From assembly GCA_964016885.1 (NCBI GenBank), contig OZ024743.1, positions 206,770,001-206,834,000 of the forward strand: a stretch of DNA of 64,000 nucleotides. The letters run 5' to 3'. This DNA comes from Eledone cirrhosa (lineage: Eukaryota). This document shows, piece by piece, positions 12,001 through 26,400 of the stretch. The position numbers and the translations under genes are program-made. Every line of letters begins with the position of its first letter. Positions within the stretch are counted from its first letter, which is position 1. The notes beneath the pieces were generated by a model. The model was not told the DNA's origin. It did no database searches and worked only from the letters and a program-made list of their open reading frames with translations.

Positions 12001-15000
12001 TATGCTGTTGATGCAGTGGGCTTACAGTAGTTGTGACTGTGGTGTTGATACAGTGTTCTTACGGTAGTTGTGACTGTGGTGTTGATACAGTGTTCTTACA
12101 GTTATTGTGACTATTGTGTTGATACAGTTGTCTTACAGTAGTTGTGACTATGGTGTTGATACAGTGGTCTTACATTACTTATGACTATGGTGTTGATACA
12201 GTGGTCTTACGGTAGTTATGACTATGGTGTTCATACAGTGGTCTTACAGTAGTTGTGACAATGGGGTTGATACAGTGGTCTTACTGTAGTTGTGACTGTG
12301 GTGTTGATACAGTGGTCTTACAATAGTTGTGACTATGGTCTTGATACAGTGGTCTTACAGTAGTTATGACTATGGTGTTGATACAGTGGTCTTACAGTAG
12401 TTGTGACTATGGTGTTGATACAGTGGTCTTATGACTATGGTGTTGATACAGTGGTCATACGGTAGTCATGACTATGGTGTTGATACAGTGATCTTACAGT
12501 AGTTGTGACCGCGGTGCTGACACAGTGGTTTTACAGTAGTTGTGACTATGGTGGTGATACAGTGGTCTTATAGTAGTTGTGACTATGGTGTTGATACAGT
12601 GGTCTTAAAGTAGTTATGACTATGGTGTTGATACGGCGGTCTTACAGTAGTTGTGACTATGGTGTTGATACAGTGGTATTATGACTATGGTGTTGATACA
12701 GTGATCTTACGGTAGTTATGACTATGGTGTTGATACAGTGGTCTTACAGTAGTTGTGACTATGGTTTTGATACGGTGGTCTTAGAGTAGTTATGACTATG
12801 CTGTTGATACAGTGGGCTTACAGTAGTTGTGACTGTGGTGTTGATACAGTGGTCTTAGAGTAGTTGTGACTGTGTTGTTGATACAGTGGTCTTACAGTAG
12901 TTGTGACTATGGCTTTTATACAGTGGTCTTACAGTAGTTGTGACTATGGTGTTGCTACAGTGGTATTAGAGACGTTGTGACAATGGTGTTGATACAGTGG
13001 TCTTACAGTACTTGTGACTATGGTGTTGATACAGTGGTCTTACAGACGTTGTGACTGTGGTGTTGATACATTGGTCTTACATTAGTTGTGACTACGGTGT
13101 TGAATCAGTTGTCTTACAGTAGTTGTGATTATGGTGTTGATACAGTGGTCTTACAGTTGTGGCTGTGGTGTTGATACAGTGGTCTTACAGTAGTTGTGGC
13201 TGTGGTGTTGATATAGTGATCTTACAGTAGTTGTGACTGTGATGTTGATACAGTGGTCTTACAGTAGTTATAACTGTGGGATTGATACAGTGATCTTACA
13301 GTAGTTGTGACTATGGTGTAGATACAGTGGTCTTACAGTAGTTGTGACTATGGTGTTGATACAGTGGTCTTACAGTAGTTGTGTCTATGTTGTTGATACA
13401 GTGGTCTTATGACTATGGTGTTGATACAGTGGTCTTTCGGTAGTTATGACTATGGTGTTGATACAGTGGTCTTACAGTAGTTGTGACTATGGTGTTGATA
13501 CAGTGGTCTTACAGTAGTTGTGCCTATGGTGTTGATACAGTGGTCTTATGACTATGTTGTTGATACAGTGGTCTTACAGTAGTTGTGCCTATGGTGTTGA
13601 TACAGTGGTCTTATGACTATGTTGTTGATACAGTGGTCTTACGGCAGTTATGACTATGGTGTTGATACAGTGGTCTTACAGTAGTTGTGACTATGGTTTT
13701 GATACTGTGGTCTTAGAGTAGTTATGACTATGCTGTTGATACAGTGGGCTTACAGTAGTTGTGACTGTGGTGTTGATACAGTGGTCTTACAGTAGTTGTG
13801 ACTATGGCTTTTATACAGTGGTCTTACAGTAGTTATGACTATGGTGTTGATACAGTGGTCTTACGATAGATATGACTATGGTGTTTATACAGTGGTCTTA
13901 CAGTAGTTGTGACTATGGTGTTCATACAGTGGTATTACAGACGTTGTGACAATGGTGTTGATACAGTGGTCTTACAGTAGTTGTGACTATGGTGTTGATA
14001 CAGTGGGCTTACAGTAGTTGTGACTATTGTGTTGATACAGTGGTCTTACAGACGTTGTGACTGTGGTGTTGATACAGTGGTCTTTCAGTAGTTGTGACTA
14101 CGGTGTTGAATCAGTGGTCTTACAGTAGTTGTGTTTATGGTGTTGATACAGTGGTCTTACAGTAGTTGTGACTGTTGTGTTGATACAGTGGTCGTACAGT
14201 AGTTGTGGCTGTGGTGTTGATACAGTTATCTTACAGTAGTTGTAACTGTGATGTTGATAGAGTGGTCTTACAGAAGTTATAACTGTGGTGTTGATACAGT
14301 GTTCTTACAGTAGTTGTGACTAAGGTGTAGATACAGTGGTCTTACAGTAGTTGTGACTATGGTGTTGATACAGTGGTCTTATGATTATGGTGTTGATACA
14401 GTGGTCTAACTGTAGTTGTGACTGTGGTGTTGATACAGTGGTCTTACAGTAGTTGTGACTGTGGTGCTGATACAGTGGTCTTACAGTAGTTGTGACTGTG
14501 GTGTTGATACAGTTGTCTTACAGTAGTTGTGACTATGGTGTTGATACAGTGGTCTTACACTAGTTGTGACTGTGGTGTTGATACAGTGGTCTTACAGTAG
14601 TTGTGAGTGTGGTGTTGATACATTGGTCTTACAGTAGTTGTAACTGTGTTGTTGATACAGTGGTCTTACAGTAGTTGTGACTATAGTGTTGATACAGTGG
14701 TTTTGCAGTAGATGTGACTGTGGTGTTGATACAGTGGTCTTACAGTAGTTGTGACTGTGGTGTTGATACAGTGGTCTTACAGTTGTTGTGACTATAGTGT
14801 TGATACAGTGGTATTACAGACGTTGTGACTATGGTGTTGATACAGTTGTCTTACAGTAGTTGTGACTATGGTGTTGATACAGTGGTCTTACAGACGTTGT
14901 GACTGTGGTGTTGATACAGTGGTCTTACAGTAGTTGTGACTACGGTGTTGAATCAGTTGTCTTACAGTAGTTGTGATTATGGTGTTGATACAGTGGTCTT

Positions 15001-18000
15001 ACAGTTGTGGCTGTGGTGTTGATACAGTGGTCTTACAGTTGTTGTGACTATAGTGTTGATACAGTGGCATTACAGACGTTATGACTATGGTGTTGATACA
15101 GTGGTCTTACGATAGTTATGACTATGGTGTTTATACAGTGGTCTTACAGTAGTTGTGACTATGGTGTTCATACAGTGGTATTACAGACGTTGTGACAATG
15201 GTGTTGATACAGTGGTCTTACAGTAGTTGTGACTATGGTGTTGATACAGTGGGCTTACAGTTGTTGTGACTATTGTGTTGATACAGTGGTCTTACAGACG
15301 TTGTAACTGTGGTGTTGATACAGTGGTCTTACTGTAGTTGTGACTATGGTGTTGATACAGTGGGCTTACAGTAGTTGTGACTATTGTGTTGATACAGTGG
15401 TCTTATGACTATGGTGTTGATACAGTGGCCTTACAGTAGTTATGACTATGGTGTTGATACAGTTGTCTTAATGTAGTTGTGACTATGGTGTTGATACAGT
15501 GGTCTTATGACTATGGTGTTGATACAGTGGTCTTATTCTAGTTATGACTATGGTGTTGATACAGTGGTCTTACATTAGTTGTGACTATGGTTTTGATACA
15601 GTGGTCTTAGAGTAGTTATTACTATGCTGTTGATACAGTGGGCTTACAGTAGTTGTGACTGTGGTGTTGATACAGTGTTCTTACGGTAGTTGTGACTGTG
15701 GTGTTGATACAGTGGTCTTACAGTAGTTATGACAATGGTGTTGATACAGTGGTCTTACAGTAGTTGTGACTATGGTGTTGATACAGTGGTCTTATGACTA
15801 TGGTGTTGATACAGTGGTCTTATTCTAGTTATGACTATGGTGTTGATACAGTGGTCTTACAGTAGTTGTGACTATGGTTTTGATACGGTGGTCTTAGAGT
15901 AGTTATGACTATGCTGTTGATACAGTGGGCTTACAGTAGTTGTGACTGTGGTGTTGATACAGTGGTCTTAGAGTAGTTGTGACTGTGTTTTTGATACAGT
16001 GGTCTTACAGTAGTTGTGACTATGGTGTTGATACAGTGGTCTTCTGACTATGGTGTTGATACAGAGGTCTTACGGTAGTTATGACTATGGTGTTTATACA
16101 GTGGTCTTACAGTAGTTTTGACTATGGTGTTGATACAGTGGTATTACAGACGTTGTGACTATGGTGTTGATGCAGTGGTCTTACAGTAGTTGTGACTATG
16201 GTGTTGATACAGTAGGCTTATAGTAGTTGTGAATTTTGTGTTGATACAGTGGTCTTACAGACGTTGTGACTGTGGTGTTGATACAGTGGTCTTACAGTAG
16301 TTGTGACTACGGTGTTGAATCAGTGGTCTTGCAGTAGTTGTGGCTCTGGTGTTGATACAGTGGTCTTACAGTAGTTGTGGCTGTGGTGTTGATACAGTGA
16401 TCTTACAGTAGTTGTGACTGTGATGTTGATACAATGGTGTTACAGTAGTTATAACTGAGGTGTTGATACAGTGTTCTTACAGTAGTTGTGACTATGGTGT
16501 AGATACAGTTGTCTTACAGTAGTTGTGACTATGGTGTTGATACAGTGGTCTTATGACTATGGTGTTGATACAGTGGTCTTACAGTAGTTGTGACTATGGT
16601 GTTGATAAAGTGGTCTTACTGTAGTTGTGACTGTGGTGTTCATACAGTGGTCTTACAATAATTGTGACTATGGTGTTCATACAGTGGTCTTACAGTAGTT
16701 ATGACTATGGTGTTGATACAGTGGTCTTACAGTAGTTGTCACTATGGTGTTGATACAGTGGTCTTACAGTAGTTATGACTGTGGTGTTGATACAGTGTTC
16801 TTACAGTTATTGTGACTATGGTGTTGATACAGTGGTCTTACATTAGTTATGACTATGTTGATGATACAGTGGTCTTACGGTAGTTATGACTATGGTGTTC
16901 ATACTGTGGTCTTACTGTAGTTGTGACTGTGGTGTTGATACAGTGGTCTTACAGTAGTTGTGACTATGGTGTTGATACAGTAGTATTACAGTAGTTGTGA
17001 TTATGGTGTTGATACAGTGGTCTTATGTCTATGGTGTTGATACAGTGGTCTTACAGTAGTTATGACTATGGTGTTGATACAGTGGTCTTAAAGTAGTTGT
17101 GACTATGGTGTTGATACAGTGGTCTTATGACTATGGTGTTGATACAGTGGTCTTATTCTAGTTATGACTATGGTGTTGATACAGTGGACTTACAGTAGTT
17201 GTGACTATGGTTTTGATACGGTGGTCTTAGAGTAGTTATGACTATGCTGTTGATACAGTGGGCTTACAGTAGTTGTGACTGTGGTGTTGATACAGTGTTC
17301 TTACGGTAGTTGTGACTGTGGTGTTGATACAGTGTTCTTACAGTTATTGTGACTATTGTGTTGATACAGTTGTCTTACAGTAGTTGTGACTATGGTGTTG
17401 ATACAGTGGTCTTACATTACTTATGACTATGGTGTTGATACAGTGGTCTTACGGTAGTTATGACTATGGTGTTCATACAGTGGTCTTACAGTAGTTGTGA
17501 CTATGGGGTTGATACAGTGGTCTTACTGTAGTTGTGACTGTGGTGTTGATACAGTGGTCTTACAATAGTTGTGACTATGGTCTTGATACAGTGGTCTTAC
17601 AGTAGTTATGACTATGGTGTTGATACAGTGGTCTTACAGTAGTTGTGACTATGGTGTTGATACAGTGGTCTTATGACTATGGTGTTGATACAGTGGTCAT
17701 ACGCTAGTTATGACTATGGTGTTGATACAGTGATCTTACAGTAGTTGTGACCGCGGTGCTGACACAGTGGTTTTACAGTAGTTGTGACTATGGTGGTGAT
17801 ACAGTGGTCTTACAGTAGTTGTGACTATGGTGTTGATACAGTGGTCTTAAAGTAGTTATGACTATGGTGTTGATACGGCGGTCTTACAGTAGTTGTGACT
17901 ATGGTGTTGATACAGTGGTCTTATGACTATGGTGTTGATACAGTGGTCTTACGGTAGTTATGACTATGGTGTTGATACAGTGGTCTTACAGTAGTTGTGA

Positions 18001-20300
18001 CTGTGGTGTTGATACAGTGGTCTTAGAGTAGTTGTGATTGTGTTGTTGATACAGTGGTCTTACAGTAGTTGTGACTATGGCTTTTATACAGTGGTCTTAC
18101 AGTAGTTGTGACTATGGTGTTGCTACAGTGGTATTAGAGACGTTGTGACAATGGTGTTGATACAGTGGTCTTACAGTACTTGTGACTATGGTGTTGATAC
18201 AGTGGTCTTACAGACGTTGTGACTGTGGTGTTGATACAGTGGTCTTACATTAGTTGTGACTACGGTGTTGAATCAGTTGTCTTACAGTAGTTGTGATTAT
18301 GGTGTTGATACAGTGGTCTTACAGTTGTGGCTGTGGTGTTGATACAGTGGTCTTACAGTAGTTGTGGCTGTGGTGTTGATATAGTGATCTTACAGTAGTT
18401 GTGACTGTGATGTTGATACAGTGGTCTTACAGTAGTTATAACTGTGGGATTGATACAGTGTTCTTACAGTAGTTGTGACTATGGTGTAGATACAGTGGTC
18501 TTACAGTAGTTGTGACTATGGTGTTGATACAGTGGTCTTACAGTAGTTGTGTCTATGTTGTTGATACAGTGGTCTTATGACTATGGTGTTGATACAGTGG
18601 TCTTTCGGTAGTTATGACTATGGTGTTGATACAGTGGTCTTACAGTAGTTGTGACTATGGTGTTGATACAGTGGTCTTACAGTAGTTGTGCCTATGGTGT
18701 TGATACAGTGGTCTTATGACTATGTTGTTGATACAGTGGTCTTACAGTAGTTGTGCCTATGGTGTTGATACAGTGGTCTTATGACTATGCTGTTGATACA
18801 GTGGTCTTACGGCAGTTATGACTATGGTGTTGATACAGTGGTCTTACAGTAGTTGTGACTATGGTTTTGATACTGTGGTCTTAGAGTAGTTATGACTATG
18901 CTGTTGATACAGTGGGCTTACAGTAGTTGTGACTGTGGTGTTGATACAGTGGTCTTAGAGTAGTTGTGACTGTGTTGTTGATACAGTGGTCTTACAGTAG
19001 TTGTGACTATGGCTTTTATACAGTGGTCTTACAGTAGTTATGACTATGGTGTTGATACAGTGGTCTTACGATAGATATGACTATGGTGTTTATACAGTGG
19101 TCTTACAGTAGTTGTGACTATGGTGTTCATACAGTGGTATTACAGACGTTGTGACAATGGTGTTGATACAGTGGTCTTACAGTAGTTGTGACTATGGTGT
19201 TGATACAGTGGGCTTACAGTAGTTGTGACTATTGTGTTGATACAGTGGTCTTACAGACGTTGTGACTGTGGTGTTGATACAGTGGTCTTTCAGTAGTTGT
19301 GACTACGGTGTTGAATCAGTGGTCTTACAGTAGTTGTGTTTATGGTGTTGATACAGTGGTCTTACAGTAGTTGTGACTGTTGTGTTGATACAGTGGTCGT
19401 ACAGTAGTTGTGGCTGTGGTGTTGATACAGTTATCTTACAGTAGTTGTGACTGTGATGTTGATAGAGTGCTCTTACAGAAGTTATAACTGTGGTGTTGAT
19501 ACAGTGTTCTTACAGTAGTTGTGACTAAGGTGTAGATACAGTGGTCTTACAGTAGTTGTGACTATGGTGTGGATACAGTGGTCTTATGATTATGGTGCTG
19601 ATACAGTGGTCTAACTGTAGTTGTGACTGTGGTGTTGATACAGTGGTCTTACAGTAGTTGTGACTGTGGTGCTGATACAGTGGTCTTACAGTAGTTGTGA
19701 CTGTGGTGTTGATACAGTTGTCTTACAGTAGTTGTGACTATGGTGTTGATACAGTGGTCTTACACTAGTTGTGACTGTGGTGTTGATACAGTGGTCTTAC
19801 AGTTGTTGTGACTATAGTGTTGATACAGTGGTATTACAGACGTTGTGACTATGGTGTTGATACAGTTGTCTTACAGTAGTTGTGACTATGGTGTTGATAC
19901 AGTGGTCTTACAGACGTTGTGACTGTGGTGTTGATACAGTGGTCTTACAGTAGTTGTGACTACGGTGTTGAATCAGTTGTCTTACAGTAGTTGTGATTAT
20001 GGTGTTGATACAGTGGTCTTACAGTTGTGGCTGTGGTGTTGATACAGTGGTCTTACAGTTGTTGTGACTATAGTGTTGATACAGTGGCATTACAGACGTT
20101 ATGACTATGGTGTTGATACAGTGGTCTTACGATAGTTATGACTATGGTGTTTATACAGTGGTCTTACAGTAGTTGTGACTATGGTGTTCATACAGTGGTA
20201 TTACAGACGTTGTGACAATGGTGTTGATACAGTGGTCTTACAGTAGTTGTGACTATGGTGTTGATACAGTGGGCTTACAGTAGTTGTGACTATTGTGTTG
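1..20300. repeat. Left higher-order-repeat domain, period about 5.2-5.6 kb, 3.5-4 copies with internal duplications and deletions
   Basis: Private markers recur at fixed offsets: GTGGCTTATG 821/6377 and TAGGGC 1055/6611 (offset 5556); ACTATCCTG 2941/8531 (5590); CCGCGG 4821/10337/12509/17751 (5516, 2172, 5242); GTGGGATTG 492/6048/13276/18444. Confidence 0.9.
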
Positions 20301-23300
20301 ATACAGTGGTCTTACAGACGTTGTAACTGTGGTGTTGATACAGTGGTCTTACAGTAGTTGTGACTACGGTGTTGAATCAGTGGTCTTACAGTAGTTGTGT
20401 TTATGGTGTTGATACAGTGGTCTTACAGTAGTTGTGACAGTTGTGTTGATACAGTGGTCTTACAGTAGTTGTGGCTGTGGTGTCGATACAGTTATCTTAC
20501 AGTAGTTGTGACTGTGATGTTGATAGAGTGGTCTTACAGAAGTTATAACTGTGGTGTTGATACAGTGTTCTTACAGTAGTTGTGACTAAGGTGTAGATAC
20601 AGTGGTCTTACACTAGTTGTGACTATGGTGTTGATACAGGGGTCTTATGACTATGGTGTTGATACAGTGGTCTTACAGTAGTTATGACTATGGTGTTGAT
20701 ACAGTGGTCTTACAGTAGTTGTCACTATGGTGTTGATACAGTGGTCTTATGACTATGGTGTTGATACAGTGGTCTTACGGTAGTTATGACTATGGTGTTG
20801 ATACAGTGGTCTTACAGTAGTTGTGAATATGGTGTTGATACAGTGGTCTTACTGTAGTTGTGACTGTGGTGTTGATACAGTGGTCTTACAGTAGTTGTGA
20901 CTGTGGTGCTGATACAGTGGTCTTACAGTAGTTGTGACTGTGTTGTTGATACAGTGGTCTTACAGTAGTTGTGACTATGGCTTTTATACAGTGGTCTTAC
21001 AGTAGTTATGACTATGGTGTTGATACAGTGGTCTTACGATAGATATGACTATGGTGTTTATACAGTGGTCTTACAGTAGTTGTGACTATGGTGTTCATAC
21101 AGTGGTATTACAGACGTTGTGACAATGGTGTTGATACAGTGGTCTTACAGTAGTTGTGACTATGGTGTTGATACAGTGGGCTTACAGTAGTTGTGACTAT
21201 TGTGTTGATACAGTGGTCTTACAGACGTTGTGACTGTGGTGTTGATACAGTGGTCTTTCAGTAGTTGTGACTACGGTGTTGAATCAGTGGTCTTACAGTA
21301 GTTGTGTTTATGGTGTTGATACAGTGGTCTTACAGTAGTTGTGACTGTTGTGTTGATACAGTGGTCGTACAGTAGTTGTGGCTGTGGTGTTGATACAGTT
21401 ATCTTACAGTAGTTGTGACTGTGATGTTGATAGAGTGGTCTTACAGAAGTTATAACTGTGGTGTTGATACAGTGTTCTTACAGTAGTTGTGACTAAGGTG
21501 TAGATACAGTGGTCTTACAGTAGTTGTGACTATGGTGTTGATACAGTGGTCTTATGACTATGGTGTTGATACAGTGGTCTTACAGTATTTGTGACTATGG
21601 TGTTGATACAGTGGTCTTACAGTAGTTATGACTATGGTGTTGATACAGTGGTCTTACAGTAGTTGTCACTATGGTGTTGATACAGTGGTCTTATGACTAT
21701 GATGTTGATACAGTGGTCTTACGGTAGTTATGACTATGGTGTTGATACAGTGGTCTTAGAGTAGATCTGAATATGGTGTTGATACAGTGGTCTAACTGTA
21801 GTTGTGATTGTGGTGTTGATACAGTGGTCTTACAGTAGTTGTGACTGTGGTGCTGATACAGTGGTCTTACAGTAGTTGTGACTGTGGTGTTGATACAGTT
21901 GTCTTACAGTAGTTGTGACTATGGTGTTGATACAGTGGTCTTACAGTAGTTGTGACTGTGGTGTTGATACAGTGGTCTTACAGTTGTTGTGACTATAGTG
22001 TTGATACAGTGGTATTACAGACGTTGTGACTATGGTGTTGATACAGTTGTCTTACAGTAGTTGTGACTATGGTGTTCATACAGCTATCTTGCAGTAGTTG
22101 TGACTATGGTGTTGATACAGTGGTCTTACAGACGTTGTGACTGTGGTGTTGATACAGTGGTCTTACAGTAGTTGTGACTACGGTGTTGAATCAGTTGTCT
22201 TACAGTAGTTGTGATTATGGTGTTGATACAGTGGTCTTACAGTTGTGGCTGTGGTGTTGATACAGTGGTCTTACAGTTGTTGTGACTATAGTGTTGATAC
22301 AGTGGTATTACAGACGTTATGACTATGGTGTTGATACAGTGGTCTTACGATAGTTATGACTATGGTGTTTATACAGTGGTCTTACAGTAGTTGTGACTAT
22401 GGTGTTCATACAGTGGTATTACAGACGTTGTGACAATGGTGTTGATACAGTGGTCTTACAGTAGTTGTGACTATGGTGTTGATACAGTGGGCTTACAGTA
22501 GTTGTGACTATTGTGTTGATACAGTGGTCTTACAGACGTTGTAACTGTGGTGTTGATACAGTGGTCTTACAGTAGTTGTGACTACGGTGTTGAATCAGTG
22601 GTCTTACAGTAGTTGTGTTTATGGTGTTGATACAGTGGTCTGACAGTAGTTGTGACAGTTGTGTTGATACAGTGGTCTTACAGTAGTTGTGGCTGTGGTG
22701 TTGATACAGTTATCTTACAGTAGTTGTGACTGTGATGTTGATAGAGTGGTCTTACAGAAGTTATAACTGTGGTGTTGATACAGTGTTCTTACAGTAGTTG
22801 TGACTAAGGTGTAGATACAGTAGTCTTACACTAGTTGTGACTATGGTGTTGATACAGTGGTCTTATGACTATGGTGTTGATACAGTGGGCTTACAGTAGT
22901 TGTGACTATGGTGTTGATACAGTGTTCTTACAATAGTTGTAACTATGGTGTTGATACAGTGGTCTTACAGTAGTTATGACTATGGTGTTGATACAGTGGT
23001 CTTACAGTAGTTGTCACTATGGTGTTGATACAGTGGTCTTATGACTATGGTGTTGATACAGTGGTCTTACGGTAGTTATGACTATGGTGTTGATACAGTG
23101 GTCTTACAGTAGTTGTGAATATGGTGTTGATACAGTGGTCTTACTGTAGTTGTGACTGTGGTGTTGATACAGTGGACTTACAGTAGTTGTGACTGTGGTG
23201 CTGATACAGTGGTCTTACAGTAGTTGTGACTGTGTTGTTGATACAGTGGTCTTACAGTAGTTGTGACTATGGCTTTTATACAGTGGTCTTACAGTAGTTA

Positions 23301-23499
23301 TGACTATGGTGTTGATACAGTGGTCTTACGATAGATATGACTATGGTGTTTATAGAGTGGTCTTACAGTAGTTTTGACTATGGTGTTCATACAGTGGTAT
23401 TACAGACGTTGTGACAATGGTGTTGATACAGTGGTCTTACAGTAGTTATGACTATGGTGTTGATACAGTGATCTTACAGTAGTTGTCACTATGGTGTTG

Positions 23500-26400
23500 A
23501 TACAGTGGTCTTATGACTATGGTGTTGACACAGTGGTCTTACGGTAGTTATGACTATGGTGTTGATACAGTGGTCTTACAGTAGTTGTGAATATGGTGTT
23601 GATACAGTGGTCTTACTGTAGTTGTGACTGTGGTGTTGATACAGTGGTCTTACAGTAGTTGTGACTGTGGTGCTGATACAGTGGTCTTACAGTAGTTGTG
23701 ACTGTGTTGTTGATACAGTGGTCTTACAGTAGTTGTGACTATGGCTTTTATACAGTGGTCTTACAGTAGTTATGACTATGGTGTTGATACAGTGGTCTTA
23801 CGATAGATATGACTATGGTGTTTATACAGTGGTCTTACAGTAGTTGTGACTATGGTGTTCATACAGTGGTATTACAGACGTTGTGACAATGGTGTTGATA
23901 CAGTGGTCTTACAGTAGTTGTGACTATGGTGTTGATACAGTGGGTTTACAGTAGTTGTGACTATTGTGTTGATACAGTGGTCTTACAGACGTTGTTACTG
24001 TGGTGTTGATACAGTGGTCTTTCAGTAGTTGTGACTACGGTGTTGAATCAGTGGTCTTACAGTAGTTGTGTTTATGGTGTTGATACAGTGGTCTTACAGT
24101 AGTTGTGACTGTTGTGTTGATACAGTGGTCGTACAGTAGTTGTGGCTGTGGTGTTGATACAGTTATCTTACAGTAGTTGTGACTGTGATGTTGATAGAGT
24201 GGTCTTACAGAAGTTATAACTGTGGTGTAGATACAGTGGTCTTACAGTAGTTGTGACTATGGTGTTGATACAGTGGTCTTATGACTATGGTGTTGATACG
24301 GTGGTCTTACAGTTGTTGTGACTATGGTGTTGATACAGTGGTCTTACAGTAGTTAAGACTATGGTGTTGATACAGTAGTCTTACAGTAGTTGTGACTATG
24401 GTGTTGATACAGTGGGCTTACAGTAGTTGTGACTATTGTGTTGATACAGTGGTCTTACAGACGTTGTAACTGTGGTGTTGATACAGTGGTCTTACAGTAG
24501 TTGTGACTACGGTGTTGAATCAGTGGTGTTACAGTAGTTGTGTTTATGGTGTTGATACAGTGGTCTTACAGTAGTTGTGACTGTTGTGTTGATACAGTGG
24601 TCTTACAGTAGTTGTGGCTGTGGTGTTGATACAGTTATCTTACAGTAGTTGTGACTGTGATGTTGATAGAGTGGTCTTACAGAAGTTATAACTGTGGTGT
24701 TGATACAGTGTTCTTACAGTAGTTGTGACTAAGGTGTAGATACAGTGGTCTTACACTAGTTGTGACTATGGTGTTGATACAGTGGTCTTATGACTATGGT
24801 GTTGATACAGTGGGCTTACAGTAGTTGTGACTATGGTGTTGATACAGTGTTCCTACAATAGTTGTAACTATGGTGTTGATACAGTCGTCTTACAGTAGTT
24901 ATGACTATGGTGTTGATACAGTGGTCTTACAGTAGTTGTCACTATGGTGTTGATACAGTGGTCATATGACTATGGTGTTGATACAGTGGTCTTACGGTAG
25001 TTATGACTATGGTGTTGATACAGTGGTCTTACAGTAGTTGTGAATATGGTGTTGATACAGTGGTCTTACTGTAGTTGTGACTGTGGTGTTGATACAGTGG
25101 TCTTACAGTAGTTGTGACTGTGGTGCTGATACAGTGGTCTTACAGTAGTTGTGACTGTGTTGTTGATACAGTGGTCTTACAGTAGTTGTGACTATGGCTT
25201 TTATACAGTGGTCTTACAGTAGTTATGACTATGGTGTTGATACAGTGGTCTTACGATAGATATGACTATGGTGTTTATACAGTGGTCTTACAGTAGTTGT
25301 GACTATGGTGTTCATACAGTGGTATTACAGACGTTGTGACAATGGTGTTGATACAGTGGTCTTACAGTAGTTGTGACTATGGTGTTGATACAGTGGGTTT
25401 ACAGTAGTTGTGACTATTGTGTTGATACAGTGGTCTTACAGACGTTGTTACTGTGGTGTTGATACAGTGGTCTTTCAGTAGTTGTGACTACGGTGTTGAA
25501 TCAGTGGTCTTACAGTAGTTGTGTTTATGGTGTTGATACAGTGGTCTTACAGTAGTTGTGACTGTTGTGTTGATACAGTGGTCGTACAGTAGTTGTGGCT
25601 GTGGTGTTGATACAGTTATCTTACAGTAGTTGTGACTGTGATGTTGATAGAGTGGTCTTACAGAAGTTATAACTGTGGTGTAGATACAGTGGTCTTACAG
25701 TAGTTGTGACTATGGTGTTGATACAGTGGTCTTATGACTATGGTGTTGATACGGTGGTCTTACAGTAGTTGTGACTATGGTGTTGATACAGTGGTCTTAC
25801 AGTAGTTATGACTATGGTGTTGATACAGTGGTCTTACAGTAGTTGTGACTATGGTGTTGATACAGTGGGCTTACAGTAGTTGTGACTATTGTGTTGATAC
25901 AGTGGTCTTACAGACGTTGTAACTGTGGTGTTGATACAGTGGTCTTACAGTAGTTGTGACTACGGTGTTGAATCAGTGGTCTTACAGTAGTTGTGTTTAT
26001 GGTGTTGATACAGTGGTCTTACAGTAGTTGTGACTGTTGTGTTGATACAGTGGTCTTACAGTAGTTGTGGCTGTGGTGTTGATACAGTTATCTTACAGTA
26101 GTTGTGACTGTGATGTTGATAGAGTGGTCTTACAGAAGTTATAACTGTGGTGTTGATACAGTGTTCTTACAGTAGTTGTGACTAAGGTGTTGAATCAGTG
26201 GTGTTACAGTAGTTGTGTTTATGGTGTTGATACAGTGGTCTTACAGTAGTTGTGACTGTTGTGTTGATACAGTGGTCTTACAGTAGTTGTGGCTGTGGTG
26301 TTGATACAGTTATCTTACAGTAGTTGTGACTGTGATGTTGATAGAGTGGTCTTACAGAAGTTATAACTGTGGTGTTGATACAGTGTTCTTACAGTAGTTG

